A stretch of DNA of 64,000 bases. Source: Candidatus Iainarchaeum sp. (GTDB lineage Archaea; B1Sed10-29; WALL01). The translations under genes were made by a program, and so were the position numbers. The DNA lies in the NCBI GenBank assembly GCA_023129115.1, contig JAGMCR010000003.1, positions 67,944 through 131,943 on the forward strand, given 5' to 3'. The notes beneath the pieces are model-generated. The model ran no database searches, was not told the DNA's origin, and saw only the letters and a program-made list of their open reading frames with translations. This document shows positions 54,413 to 64,000 of the stretch, piece after piece (within the stretch, counting starts at the first letter, position 1; every line of letters begins with the position of its first letter).

Positions 54413-57400
54413 AAAAAGTCGGCAAGGTTGTACTGCTTGCTTTTGTCGTTGATGAAAACAGAGTCAATGTTGCTCTCGACGAGCTTCAGCCTCTGCGCCA
54501 TGTACTCCGGCAGCCCATATTTCTCGACAATCCCCTTGCTTATCTCGACGTACTTCCTCACCGAGCCCTCGGCAATCGTGAGAATGACTTTCCCGCCGCA
54601 CTTCGTGCACTTCCCGACCAGCGGCACTCGCCTATACTTCGCGTTGCAGTCGACGCACCTGAACTTCTGCTCGCCAAAAGCCCTGAGGTTCCCATAAATG
54701 TCCCTGAAGAAGTGTGAGTTGAGCAGCCTCTCGGCCTCGTCCTTCTCGTCCACCGCGCGGATTATTCTCCCGAGCTCGAGCTGGGCCTTCACCTTCTCCG
54801 GCATTGAGCCGAGCTTCGTGTACATGGACTGGATGACTCCATTGTCGAGGCGGCCCGTACCGTGCGTGTAGCCAAACCCAGAGTACTGGCCCTCTTCCCC
54901 AAGCCGCTCGCCCACCAGCTCTATCCTGTACGCCCCCGGCTTCCGCAGCTCGTGCGAAGTCCGGTAGAACTCCAGCGGGTACTCCCACGCCACGTCCATC
55001 TCGTGCACCTGGTCGTCGACCTGCGATGGGTCCAGCGCAAGGGTAAGCACCAGCGGCGCGTCCATCGACCCACCCCTCGTCGAGGGCAGGTACCACTTCG
55101 AAAAGTTAATCAGCGCGTCCACCAATAGCATGACCGCGTCCTCGTCGCCGTCGCATTGTTTTGCAGTAACACCAGAAACCACTGCGTTATGTGTTTTTTC
55201 CACTGTGAAATTGTACAGGGACTGGGGCTTTTTTTCAGTCACTCTCTTCCTAACAGCAACAATTGCAGAGCCTTCTTTGAGCTTCACGCGCTTCGCCTTA
55301 AATGAATGCCCCCGCATTATACGCCTGGCTTTTTCTTTCTTTCCCGGCCACCAGAAGCCTATTTTCTCGCAGAAATCCTTTGTAGTCGCCCCGTGCATGC
55401 GCAACTTGTAGCACGTCCAATTGAATGTTTTTCCTTTCTTTTTATAGAACTCGGCAACTTTCCCCACACTAATCTTTCTTTCGTCTTTCTGCCACGAGCA
55501 CAGCAGCCCAAACCGAGTCAACAAGAATTCTATGTCGCGGAGAAGCAGTTTACTGGCGGAAGTGCAACTGACCTCAGGGCTTGAGCCCCCACGGCTTGGC
55601 TTGCTTATGCCGCCATCCCCCTCAAAGTATCCTTGCAGGAACCACGCCACTTTTTTCATGGGCAGCGAAAACACAACTGGTGGAACCCTCTTGTTTTTTG
55701 CGTGTGTGCCCGCTTCCAAACCGATAAATAAGTTGTATGCCAACCGCGAGCAAATTGTGACTCGTTGCTTGCCTTCTGAAGCGCCAACCCCAAACACTCG
55801 ATTGATAGCACCCTTCACCAACGGTTTTTCTTTGGTTACAGCGAAATCAACTTGGTAGCAAGAGCCCTCTCTTTTCCTGGAATGCCCTTCTGCGACATAA
55901 AGCCCAAGAAGCCTCATAAAGTCTTTCCCAACCCTTATTTTCCTTGGCAGAACAGCTGTGTCCCACTTCTCCTTGAGGCGAACATTTTTTGGAATGCGAA
56001 TGCCAAGCTTGTGTGCCAGCCAAACCGGAACAGAATCGCGCATAACATAGTTATACAACGTGCTTTTGTTCATTCCAATCTCGTCAGCGGTTTTTCTCAC
56101 ACCCCCCTCTTCTAGACAATCCTTTAGCTTCTTCCCAATTCCCACAACCATGGTGTTTTCATCAGCATAGTCCAGCAAGTCCAAGCATTCAACATCCTTT
56201 TCAGCTATATTAAAGCGCGTTGGGATAAGTGCTTCCGTTGTCTGGAACGCCCGCGTTTTCGTACTTTTAGAGTCAATAAACGGGTGCATGCCGCTAGTGG
56301 TTATTTTGCGCCCAGTCTCCAGTTCAAGGGTAACGACATGGTCTTGCATCGGGTGCTTTGAAAACGCTGTAATTGGCATTAATTCATATTCACCGTTTCC
56401 ATTAAGGGACAAGGTGCTATACCCCCTAGTCTCTACTACCTGGTCACCCATCTCAGTGGCGTGGAATTCTTTCTCCTTCAGCAAGCTTTCCACGAGTTCC
56501 CCAATCCGCACTATCCTCCACTCACGGCCGTTGAACACTGGAAGCGTTTCGCCAAAAGCAAAGCAGTCCCTCCTACACGCCGCGTGGAAATACGGGTGCG
56601 CGTAGCACCCCCGCGCCTTCGAGAACCCGATTATCCTCCCCAGCACTCCCGCGCTGGTGTGCGGCGCCAGCCCGACCACAAGCTGCCCAACCAAGTCCTT
56701 TGGCGTCCGGCAGTTGTAGTACGCCTCCTGCCCGTACAGGCCCTGCAGCAGCTCGTCAACGAACCGCGACACCCTGAACAGGTACTCGCCACCGCGCTCC
56801 GCGGGCACCACGTCCTGCGGGAACAGCTCGATGACCTGGTCGTCCCTGAGCAGCTCCCCGCCTTTCGCGTCTCTGCTGTAGCCCATTTCCTTAAGCTTCT
56901 CGACCGAGGTCCCTATCTCCTTCGGCGTGAAGTGCGTGAGCGGCAGGTTTGTCGAGTCAAACCTGATTGTCCCGTCCTTGAAGAGGTAGACCTCATGCCT
57001 CGACCTCAAAATGCCCTTCTCGAGCGGCTCTGCAATGCGGTGCGCGCTCATCAATCCCTTGACGCCCTTGAGCTTGGGGTCTGGCTTGCCGACTTTCTTG
57101 ATGGCCTGTTCCATGGCCTCCTTGAGGTTCACGACCCTGCTGTCGTGCGCGACGCCTTCTGTGCCACACGCATGGCACTTCCTGCCCTTCCTCCCGCAGC
57201 GGGGGCAGACGTAGTCGAGCTCACCCCTCCCACCGCACTCGCACATCCTGCTCATCGAGAGCCGCCCGCACTTAGTGCATCGGTAGCGCGTTATGGTGAC
57301 AGTGATGCTCCCCTGCGCGCTCGCCTTCAGCACCGAGCGGGTTGCCCCGCCGTAGTTGCCGACCGGGAAAAGCACGTGGGGCGCCGGGGTCATCAGCCTC

Positions 57401-59085
57401 TCCCTCGCCTTTTCTGGCCTGCCCATCCTCGCGCCGACATAAATCGGCGCCTTCGGCATTATCTTGACGGGCGACAGCGCGTTGACGAACTCCATTGTGT
57501 CCTCGGTCTCAACCCCACTGCCGCCGAGCGTGGTCGCCAGCACTTTTTTGACCTCTGGCTCGATGTAGACGTAGTCGCCCTTCAGCCTGTGCGGCACCAG
57601 CAGCTTTTCAAGCGTCCGCTTCTCCGGGCCGTTCTCCATCCCGGTGTCCAGCCACTTGATGAGCTTCTTCATTTCTTCGACAGTGGCGTCGTGATAGTTA
57701 TATGTGTACTTCGGGTGCAGGGGCACTCCGTGCCTCTCGCTGATTTCCAGCGCCTCCTCGAAGCTCTCTGCCTTTGCCTCAACCCCTTTTTCCTTGAGCT
57801 CCAGCCCCCACCACTCCTCGACCCAGGGCGAGGCAATAATCGGGTGGTTGCTGTGCAGAAAGTCACCAAAAGAGACGAGCAAATCCCCGGTGAACAGTAT
57901 CTCCGCAATATCGCTATCCAGGTCCGTGGCCTGCTCGGCGCTCTCCACCTCCAGGACCTCGCCGCTCTTGAGCCGAACGACCGGGCCGCCAATGGTGTCC
58001 ACGGGCACGACCGTCATTCCCTTGCCCGGCCTCTCGACCTTGAGCTGCGTGCCAATCGCCGGGAAGCCCCCGAGCACGGTCATGGTCGCGGGGTGCAGTC
58101 CCTTGCTCATCAGCCCGGTGTTCCTCGCCTTGCCGTACCTCAGCCTGAACCCCCCAACCCGTGAGGGGTACGCAAATATCGGCCTCCCCGCAACAACGTC
58201 CTTTATGTAGGTGTCTATCGGCTTCAGCTCCCTGACGCCCTCGGTGTCGCCGCCCTTGATTATTGACTTCAGCCACCCCCAGTCCAGCCCGAACTTCTCG
58301 GCGTACGCGACAACTTTCCTCGCCTTCTGGGCGATGCCCTCGCTTATTACGAGGCACATGCCGCCGCGCACCCGGTTCGTGGGTATCCGCTTCAGGTCCT
58401 TGTAGACGTCGACCTCGACTTCCGCGGTAGGGTCACCGTTTACGCACACCGGGCAGTTCCGCACAATCAGCCGCACTTCATCGTCCGTGGCCCGGTACTG
58501 CAGCCTGCTCACGGCGTTGTGGTAGAGCGCCACTTCCTCGACATACCTCTCGACCTCGCTGTCCGTCGGCCTGTAGCCGCTCAGCCCAAGCAGGTTGCTC
58601 GTGTAGTGCGCAATCAATACCGCGAGCGCCTGCGCGGTCCCGCCCGCGCTCCGTATTGGCCCCGCAAAAGAAACACTAAGATAATCACTGCCGTCCGGGT
58701 TCTCCTCGATGCTCGCCGCAGCGACGCCGTCGATTGGCGCTGCCACCACGCCCTCTGTCAGCAGCGCGAGCGCCGTGCGTATGCACTGCTCCGCCCGCTC
58801 GTTCCGGTCCTTGCAGCCGAACTTCCCTCCAATTATCCAGTCGCATACCTTTAGTGCGGTCTCTTCGCGGTCGTGGCCCTTCATGTATTCCCGCATCGCC
58901 TCGGCGATGCCTTCCGGCCCGACCAGCCCCTCCACCCGGTCGCAGATGTCGGCGGCCAGCGCGATTTCGACTTTGGTTTCGGGGTCGTACCCCTTCTCCC
59001 GCGCAGCGGCGGCAACCCCGTACGCCCGCGTGGTCTCCTCCTCCAGCAGGGAGTAGTACGCCTTGATGCCTTCGCAGGCAATCAT
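54409..59085 (-). CDS. DNA polymerase II (PolD) large subunit DP2 containing a 470-aa intein
   Basis: 1558 aa; extein is about 1088 aa collinear with DP2; catalytic motif HAACRRD|intein|CDGDED; zinc-finger CxxC clusters. Confidence 0.9.
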   Translation of the reverse strand: MIACEGIKAYYSLLEEETTRAYGVAAAAREKGYDPETKVEIALAADICDRVEGLVGPEGIAEAMREYMKGHDREETALKVCDWIIGGKFGCKDRNERAEQCIRTALALLTEGVVAAPIDGVAAASIEENPDGSDYLSVSFAGPIRSAGGTAQALAVLIAHYTSNLLGLSGYRPTDSEVERYVEEVALYHNAVSRLQYRATDDEVRLIVRNCPVCVNGDPTAEVEVDVYKDLKRIPTNRVRGGMCLVISEGIAQKARKVVAYAEKFGLDWGWLKSIIKGGDTEGVRELKPIDTYIKDVVAGRPIFAYPSRVGGFRLRYGKARNTGLMSKGLHPATMTVLGGFPAIGTQLKVERPGKGMTVVPVDTIGGPVVRLKSGEVLEVESAEQATDLDSDIAEILFTGDLLVSFGDFLHSNHPIIASPWVEEWWGLELKEKGVEAKAESFEEALEISERHGVPLHPKYTYNYHDATVEEMKKLIKWLDTGMENGPEKRTLEKLLVPHRLKGDYVYIEPEVKKVLATTLGGSGVETEDTMEFVNALSPVKIMPKAPIYVGARMGRPEKARERLMTPAPHVLFPVGNYGGATRSVLKASAQGSITVTITRYRCTKCGRLSMSRMCECGGRGELDYVCPRCGRKGRKCHACGTEGVAHDSRVVNLKEAMEQAIKKVGKPDPKLKGVKGLMSAHRIAEPLEKGILRSRHEVYLFKDGTIRFDSTNLPLTHFTPKEIGTSVEKLKEMGYSRDAKGGELLRDDQVIELFPQDVVPAERGGEYLFRVSRFVDELLQGLYGQEAYYNCRTPKDLVGQLVVGLAPHTSAGVLGRIIGFSKARGCYAHPYFHAACRRDCFAFGETLPVFNGREWRIVRIGELVESLLKEKEFHATEMGDQVVETRGYSTLSLNGNGEYELMPITAFSKHPMQDHVVTLELETGRKITTSGMHPFIDSKSTKTRAFQTTEALIPTRFNIAEKDVECLDLLDYADENTMVVGIGKKLKDCLEEGGVRKTADEIGMNKSTLYNYVMRDSVPVWLAHKLGIRIPKNVRLKEKWDTAVLPRKIRVGKDFMRLLGLYVAEGHSRKREGSCYQVDFAVTKEKPLVKGAINRVFGVGASEGKQRVTICSRLAYNLFIGLEAGTHAKNKRVPPVVFSLPMKKVAWFLQGYFEGDGGISKPSRGGSSPEVSCTSASKLLLRDIEFLLTRFGLLCSWQKDERKISVGKVAEFYKKKGKTFNWTCYKLRMHGATTKDFCEKIGFWWPGKKEKARRIMRGHSFKAKRVKLKEGSAIVAVRKRVTEKKPQSLYNFTVEKTHNAVVSGVTAKQCDGDEDAVMLLVDALINFSKWYLPSTRGGSMDAPLVLTLALDPSQVDDQVHEMDVAWEYPLEFYRTSHELRKPGAYRIELVGERLGEEGQYSGFGYTHGTGRLDNGVIQSMYTKLGSMPEKVKAQLELGRIIRAVDEKDEAERLLNSHFFRDIYGNLRAFGEQKFRCVDCNAKYRRVPLVGKCTKCGGKVILTIAEGSVRKYVEISKGIVEKYGLPEYMAQRLKLVESNIDSVFINDKSKQYNLADFF
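55156..56565 (-). mobile_element. intein with a LAGLIDADG endonuclease domain in PolD DP2, ending in Gln rather than Asn
   Basis: block A CFAFGETLPVF, block B TTSGMHPF, LAGLIDADG motifs LLGLYVAEGHS and WFLQGYFEGDGG, C-terminus ...SGVTAKQ followed by Cys+1 of CDGDED. Confidence 0.75.
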
Positions 59086-60539
59086 TTTATCTCCTCCCCG
59101 AACTTGAGTATGGTTATCTTCCCGGACCTCAGGCTCACGAGCGGTAGCACGCCCGGCGTCGGGTGGTGGCCCAGCTTAATCTGGTACGGCGTCACGCTCT
59201 GCCAGCACCCGCTGTTTATCCCGATGGCCCCACGGTAAGTGACGTAGCCGTTCCTGTGCACGTCGCCGACGTGCAGCAGGTCTGGCACCTTCCGCATCAC
59301 GAGGTAGTCCCTCTTTTCCGGCACTATCGGCGGCTTTTCGCCGTACACCGGGTGCAAGTGCCTCCTCTTCAGCCACTCGGTTATAACCGTTTCAGGGTGC
59401 TCATAATTCACGTTGTTCGTGTGCGGCACAATGCCGTGTATCGAGGCGCCGTGGTAGAGCATCACCTCGAACCCGTGCAGCGAGACGTATCCCGGCGAGC
59501 CCATGCACCTGAAGTTGTCGAGCGACCCGAGCGGGCCAAGGACTTCCTTGGGCAGCGCGGGCTGGGGCTCGGCAATCCTCACTGCGTCGTGGTTGCCCGG
59601 GATTGCAATCATTTCTATGTAGTCCGGCACCTGCTGCAGGTAGAAATGCAGCTGCTCGTACTGCTTGAAAATATCGTCCGTTGCCAGCTCTTCTTCCTGG
59701 CCGGGGTATACCCCAACCCCGTCCACCAGGTCCCCCGCAATCGTGATGTACTTGACTTTCCCGGCCAGCTCACGTTCCTTGCCCTCGCCGTTGAGCCACT
59801 CAATGAACTTATGGAACCGCTTTTCGAGGAACAGCTTGGAGCCGACGTGCATGTCGGAAATCAGGGCGACGTAGATGTCTTCCTCTGCGCGGTTGGGCTC
59901 GCGCATGGCGACGTCGGGCCGGTATATCTGCTTCGCGATGAACAGCTCTTTCGACATCCTTCCCTCGACCGCAATCACTTCGTCGGGGATGATGTTCTGC
60001 GAAACGTCAATCATTGTCTTGTCGCTCTTCGGGAACAGCACCTTGAGCGACCCCGTGAGGTCTTCCATCTCCATGAGCCGGTGGCTGTTTTTGGTGGTGT
60101 GAATGGAGTTGACCATGCCGATGACGCGGGTGTTGTCCTGCAGCCGCTTCTTTTTCACGGTGTCGATGTCCCGCGCCATGTTGCCGCGCACGCGGAGCAT
60201 CTTGGAGAGGGCCTCGTACCTGTCCCGGAACAATGCGATGAAGTCCCCTACTTTTCCTTCGCTCGTGCTCTTCCCGGTCACGTCCTGCTCCTCGAACACC
60301 TTGACCCTGGCCTCCATCTCTTTCGCCGCGGGCCTGAACGGCTTCCGCAGGTTCAGCTCGAGCTTGGGCGCCTCCTTCTTCTCCTCGAGGTCTTCTTTCC
60401 TCACCCACGGGCCCTTGACCCGCTCCATCACTTCAACGGCAAACGCCATGGGCTCTTCCTTGCCCATGATTATCTCTAGCGCTTCCGGAGTGACGAAAAG
60501 TCCCTTTTCCCTAAAAGCAGTGAGCAATTCTTCTTTCAT
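59082..60539 (-). CDS. DNA polymerase II (PolD) small subunit DP1 (calcineurin-like phosphoesterase / exonuclease)
   Basis: 485 aa; phosphoesterase motifs (ISDMHVG, GDLVD, GNHD); 4-nt overlap with DP2. Confidence 0.9.
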   Translation of the reverse strand: MKEELLTAFREKGLFVTPEALEIIMGKEEPMAFAVEVMERVKGPWVRKEDLEEKKEAPKLELNLRKPFRPAAKEMEARVKVFEEQDVTGKSTSEGKVGDFIALFRDRYEALSKMLRVRGNMARDIDTVKKKRLQDNTRVIGMVNSIHTTKNSHRLMEMEDLTGSLKVLFPKSDKTMIDVSQNIIPDEVIAVEGRMSKELFIAKQIYRPDVAMREPNRAEEDIYVALISDMHVGSKLFLEKRFHKFIEWLNGEGKERELAGKVKYITIAGDLVDGVGVYPGQEEELATDDIFKQYEQLHFYLQQVPDYIEMIAIPGNHDAVRIAEPQPALPKEVLGPLGSLDNFRCMGSPGYVSLHGFEVMLYHGASIHGIVPHTNNVNYEHPETVITEWLKRRHLHPVYGEKPPIVPEKRDYLVMRKVPDLLHVGDVHRNGYVTYRGAIGINSGCWQSVTPYQIKLGHHPTPGVLPLVSLRSGKITILKFGEEIK

Positions 60540-60621
60540 GCAAGCACCCCTGCGCTGTCAGCGACCGGGCTTGCATTATCTTACGCAGCCGAACTTTAAC
60601 TACTTTTCCTTTTGCAAAAAA

Positions 60622-61629
60622 TCAGTAAGCGGCCTTGAGCAGCTTCTCTTTCTTGGCGAGCCTTTTCCTGCACGGCTCAAGAATATCCGCAATCGCTTTC
60701 CCCATCGCATTCTTCAAGTCCATCGGGTGCAATCCATCCACGAACGCCTTCTCCAGTTCCCCATAACTCTTGAACGCAACATTCCCGCCGAACTTCTCGG
60801 GCCGCTCGACAACCAATTCGCCCCTCACCGGGAAGACAATGTGCTCCGCCAGCGCCAGGACCCCGTTGCCCTCGACTTTGCCGGCCTCGCACCACGCGCC
60901 GCCCGTCTTCTTGATTATTGATTCTTCGCTCTCGTGCAGCCCGATCTTGCCCTTGTCCTCGGACGCGCCCATCTTTCCGCCCATTTTCCCGCCGTGCAGC
61001 GCAGGCAGCAGGGGCGTAAAAACACAGACTGGCTTATTGTCCGGCATCAGCTCGCGGCCGAGCATGTAAATCCCGCGCTGGTCCACCCCAGCAAAGCAGA
61101 CGTCTACCCCAAGCGCCTTGAAGTCCTCGTTCTGCATCAATGGATAAATAAACCCACTAAGCTTCGGCTCGTCGCCGAACCGCACGACTTCCGATGCCGC
61201 CCTCTTCGTCCTCGCGAGAGTGACGTCTCCGGCCATCTTGAGGATGTTCCTGAAGTAGTCTCCGTTCAGCTCGAGCTTCGAGCCGCGCACGAACTCAATG
61301 TCCTTCGGGTCAGCGCCGAGTGCTTCCATCGCGCCCTTGACAGATTCCTCGTAGTACTCGCTCCGGGAGTCAAGCTTTTCCCAGGTCGTCTTCTTGTCGT
61401 CCAAATAAGCGTGCAGGTCAGCGACCAAGAACTTGACCTTGAACCCCGCGTTCAAAAAATCAGCTGTCTTCAGCAACGGCACCAAATGCCCGACGTGCAG
61501 CATGCCCGTGGGCGCGTAGCCGATGTAGGCCGACGGCTTCTTGGCCGCGCACGCCTCCTTCAGCTCTTCTTCCGTGATTATCTCTTCAGTGTTCCTCGAG
61601 ACGAGCGCATACCTCTCTTCGGGGGTCAT
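60622..61629 (-). CDS. tyrS: tyrosyl-tRNA synthetase (archaeal type)
   Basis: 335 aa, collinear with M. jannaschii TyrRS incl. YIGYAPTGMLHVGH (HIGH motif) and C-terminal ERPEKFGG...LHPMDLKNA. Confidence 0.9.
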   Translation of the reverse strand: MTPEERYALVSRNTEEIITEEELKEACAAKKPSAYIGYAPTGMLHVGHLVPLLKTADFLNAGFKVKFLVADLHAYLDDKKTTWEKLDSRSEYYEESVKGAMEALGADPKDIEFVRGSKLELNGDYFRNILKMAGDVTLARTKRAASEVVRFGDEPKLSGFIYPLMQNEDFKALGVDVCFAGVDQRGIYMLGRELMPDNKPVCVFTPLLPALHGGKMGGKMGASEDKGKIGLHESEESIIKKTGGAWCEAGKVEGNGVLALAEHIVFPVRGELVVERPEKFGGNVAFKSYGELEKAFVDGLHPMDLKNAMGKAIADILEPCRKRLAKKEKLLKAAY

Positions 61630-61889
61630 TTCATTTCTTCCTTCAGCCGCTCGAGCTCGGAAATAATCTCCATTATTTCGGGCCTCGTGTGCATCGGCAT
61701 GTTGATGTCATTGAGGCACTCGTCCAATAAATAGGTGGCGCTGGTCAGGTTGACTTCGTTGCCCTCCTTGGAGACCACTTCCTTGGCGTCTGAAACGCTT
61801 TTCCTGATGTTCCTCGGGACACCGTTGTCGTTGATGACGTTGTCCATGAGGTAAATCACGCCGTCCATATCCTGTTTGCTGATAACCAT
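61626..61889 (-). CDS. UPF0147-family small protein
   Basis: 87 aa; conserved archaeal small helical protein pattern (…NIRKSVSDAKEVV…YLLDECLNDINMP…); 4-nt overlap with tyrS. Confidence 0.6.
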   Translation of the reverse strand: MVISKQDMDGVIYLMDNVINDNGVPRNIRKSVSDAKEVVSKEGNEVNLTSATYLLDECLNDINMPMHTRPEIMEIISELERLKEEMK

Positions 61890-61937
61890 CTTTAATCCCT
61901 CCAGAAACAGCGGGATAGATTATTTGTGGGTTTGTTT

Positions 61938-62909
61938 TTAAGTGTTATGCCCGAACCAAGCCACGATGCGCCCCTTCAATTCCTTGATGGACTCCTTGTC
62001 CTGCACGCTCACACTCAACCCGCGTGGCCGGGGCGCCGGCTTGCCGCCAACGCCGGTAGCCGGCTGCAAGTCCGCCTTGCTATAGACGACAAGCACGTCC
62101 GCCCCCAACTCTTTCTCGAGCTTTTTCTTCAGTGCCTCCTGCTCTGCCACAGAATACCCGCACGTCTCACTCGGGTCGACAACAAAAATAATTTTTTCGC
62201 TCAAGTGCTTCAGCGCAGCCACGGCCTGCTTCTCAATCTCGTTCCGCGCCGGCCTGTCCAATACCCCTGGCGTGTCCACCAGCTGGAACCGCCTGTACCC
62301 CTCCCTCATGTACCCGACCAGAATGCTTTTCGTGGTGAACGGGTACGGCTGCACGTCCACCTTGGAGTCGCTCAGCTCGTTCAAAAGCGAGCTCTTCCCG
62401 ACGTTGGGGTATCCAGCAATCAGCACGGTCTTCATCTTCCGTATCGACGGCAGTTTTTTCAGCGCGCGCTCCGCCCTCTTGATTATCTTGACGTCGCCCT
62501 CGACGCCGTCCAGTATGTCTTCCGCGCGCTTCTCGAACTGCTTCCGCAGCCGCGTAATCTCCTTCAAGTCACTCTTGCCCCGCATCTTCCTGCGGTAGTC
62601 CTTGCCGAGCTGGAGTATTTTCTTGCCTGCCCAGCCGAGGCTGTGCAGGGCCCGCCTCAATTCATCAAGGTTCACCAGCGACCCGGCCAATTCCCTCTGG
62701 AACGGGGGCAGCTCGTTGAAATTGACGGTCTTCTTCACGACTGCATCAGTCTTGCCAAAGACGGACTCGCTCAGGTACTCGACCCTCGCGAGCTCGCGCA
62801 CCTTGATGGCGACCTTCTTTTCCCTTGCGCGGATTTGCCGGGCGCGCTTGTGCGCCTCTGTCATCGAGGCGTGGAATATCCTGCCCGGCACTGGGTGTAT
62901 CAGTGCCAT
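61938..62909 (-). CDS. NOG1-family GTP-binding protein
   Basis: 323 aa; G1 IAGYPNVGKSSLLN, G3 DTPG, NOG1-type N-terminal domain. Confidence 0.85.
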   Translation of the reverse strand: MALIHPVPGRIFHASMTEAHKRARQIRAREKKVAIKVRELARVEYLSESVFGKTDAVVKKTVNFNELPPFQRELAGSLVNLDELRRALHSLGWAGKKILQLGKDYRRKMRGKSDLKEITRLRKQFEKRAEDILDGVEGDVKIIKRAERALKKLPSIRKMKTVLIAGYPNVGKSSLLNELSDSKVDVQPYPFTTKSILVGYMREGYRRFQLVDTPGVLDRPARNEIEKQAVAALKHLSEKIIFVVDPSETCGYSVAEQEALKKKLEKELGADVLVVYSKADLQPATGVGGKPAPRPRGLSVSVQDKESIKELKGRIVAWFGHNT

Positions 62910-62962
62910 GCGTGCCTTGTGCCGACAAATCTATATATATCTACTACTGTATAATTCAAGCG

Positions 62963-63556
62963 ATGAGGCGCCTGCTTCTGTTGCTGCTGGTCAGCTCGAT
63001 TGCGATGGCCCAGTGTGCCGAGCTGGCGGCAGACGTCGAGTCCGGCATGGAGCAATACCTGGGCATAGACTCTGTCGACTGCCGCACCCAGCAGACAGAA
63101 AACATTTATGACGGCCTCGCCCAGCTGGCCGAGGGATATTCCCAGGTGGCGCAGTGCTACAAGGAGCAGGAGGACGCGTCCCGTGCCTCTGCCTTCTACT
63201 TCCTGGCGGCGAAGAAGTACCGCGTCGCGGCGGACGCGCTCTGCGAGAGGGACTACTCATTGAAGATGCAGCTATACCTCTCTTCGGGGGACATGTACTT
63301 CGCGACCGGTGATATTGACTCAGCCAGCGAGCTCTACGGCGAGGCGGAGGAAATCTACAGCCTCCACTCGCCTGTAATTGACGACTCAATCAACGCCCAG
63401 CTGCAGAGGCGCCTGTACGAGATGGAGTATTCGGCGCCGCCGGCAATGTTTGACCCAAGGGTCACGGGGGAAGTGGACTGGGCCCCGATTGCTGCGGTAG
63501 TGGTCCTCATCGTCGGCCTCGCCCTCGTCGTCATAACCATCGTGCGCAAGAGGTGA
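62963..63556 (+). CDS. hypothetical secreted protein with an N-terminal signal peptide and a C-terminal TM anchor
   Basis: MRRLLLLLLVSSIAMA signal; C-terminal IAAVVVLIVGLALVVITIV; Cys-containing. Confidence 0.55.
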   Translation: MRRLLLLLLVSSIAMAQCAELAADVESGMEQYLGIDSVDCRTQQTENIYDGLAQLAEGYSQVAQCYKEQEDASRASAFYFLAAKKYRVAADALCERDYSLKMQLYLSSGDMYFATGDIDSASELYGEAEEIYSLHSPVIDDSINAQLQRRLYEMEYSAPPAMFDPRVTGEVDWAPIAAVVVLIVGLALVVITIVRKR

Positions 63557-63597
63557 CCCCCTCACCTATATTAACCTCTTTTCCGTTTTCTTGCCTG

Positions 63598-64000
63598 ATG
63601 TGGTTCGCGCTCGCGCTCTTTTCCATGCTGGCGTACGGCGTGCTGGACTTCCTGTTCAAGGTAGCCGAGGCAAGCGAACTCGACTTCTCGAACCTCTTCC
63701 TCTACTACTACTGGACCGCATCGCTCGCGGCCTTCGCCTTGTTCGCCCTGTTCCCCGAAAAAATCCTTGACTTCAGCTTCCTCGCGTTTTTCGCCGTCGC
63801 CCAGGTAAGCCTCTACCTGCTCGCGAATGTCCTGAAGCTCGAGTCCCTCAAGCACGTCAAGTCCATCCTGGCGTACCCATTGTTCGCGCTCCACGGCGTC
63901 ATCGCCGCCGTGCTCGCGTTCTTTTTCCTGGGCGAGTCGCTGCAGCCCCTCCAGTACTTTGGCATCGCCTTGAGCGTCGCCGCCATCCTCCTCCTGGTCG
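63598..64000 (+). CDS. EamA/DMT-superfamily transporter, N-terminal part (continues beyond the window)
   Basis: successive hydrophobic helices MWFALALFSMLAYGVLDFLFK...; the ORF is open at the window end; it is missing from the track because no stop codon falls inside the window. Confidence 0.55.
   Translation, partial: MWFALALFSMLAYGVLDFLFKVAEASELDFSNLFLYYYWTASLAAFALFALFPEKILDFSFLAFFAVAQVSLYLLANVLKLESLKHVKSILAYPLFALHGVIAAVLAFFFLGESLQPLQYFGIALSVAAILLLV

Noticed and set aside
56461-58164. 567-aa plus-strand ORF inside the polD DP2 gene (also 59163-60479 antisense to DP1, 61926-62954 antisense to the NOG1 GTPase, 18042-19094 antisense to CBS genes, 25474-26145 and 26012-26848 antisense to herA/rpoK/GT2)
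   Set aside because: All are antisense to genes with clear homology-supported frames. Amino-acid compositions are Arg/Leu/Pro/Val-biased with no motifs. High GC suppresses stop codons on the opposite strand.

Overview
A high-GC (roughly 58-60%) archaeal chromosomal segment, read by eye from the sequence and the six-frame ORF track. It is mostly informational core genes in tight, often 4-nt-overlapping operons. Core content: the A-type ATP synthase genes C(partial)-F-A-B-D; a Pus10 / SRP54 / FtsY / prefoldin-alpha / LX / aIF6 / L31e / L39e / PDCD5-like / S19e / Rpp21 block; tRNA-Val; archaeal DnaG; CBS-domain proteins; Pth2; RpoK-S17e; tRNA-iMet; aspartate-type aminotransferase; NAD kinase; aCPSF1; proteasome beta; FKBP; NAC; a Hel308-type helicase; and a replication island Orc1/Cdc6 - SepF - HIT - PolD DP2 - PolD DP1, followed by TyrRS and a NOG1 GTPase. 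No rRNA and no CRISPR array were seen. Things worth a second look: (1) a tight nurA - GNAT-like - herA operon with no adjacent mre11/rad50, where HerA carries a C-terminal zinc ribbon; (2) two accessory regions of lower GC with no recognisable core functions. One is a tRNA-iMet-adjacent islet encoding a free-standing double-motif LAGLIDADG endonuclease and small wHTH proteins (28.4-30.7 kb). The other (33.7-39.6 kb) carries five small wHTH regulators and unknown proteins, bracketed by unusual non-coding repeat regions. Those repeat regions contain clusters of the palindrome TTACGTAA, an 800-bp pyrimidine-rich stretch with CTCACTTTT-type iterons, and G6-stem palindromes GGGGGGC(C)GCCAATTGGCGG(C)CCCCCC that recur at 44.9 kb; (3) two LAGLIDADG-containing inteins: one in Hel308 at helicase motif V, AT-rich and apparently recent, and one in PolD DP2 at the catalytic RRD|CDGDED motif that ends in Gln rather than Asn; (4) tandem-repeat low-complexity extensions on conserved proteins: an RS/RG repeat inside DnaG, KE/P-rich tails on L31e, S19e and FtsY; (5) a 14-nt direct repeat of the tRNA-Val 3' end about 300 bp downstream of the tRNA, enclosing a repeat-rich segment that may be an integration scar. 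All calls come from reading the sequence and ORF translations; no database search was run.
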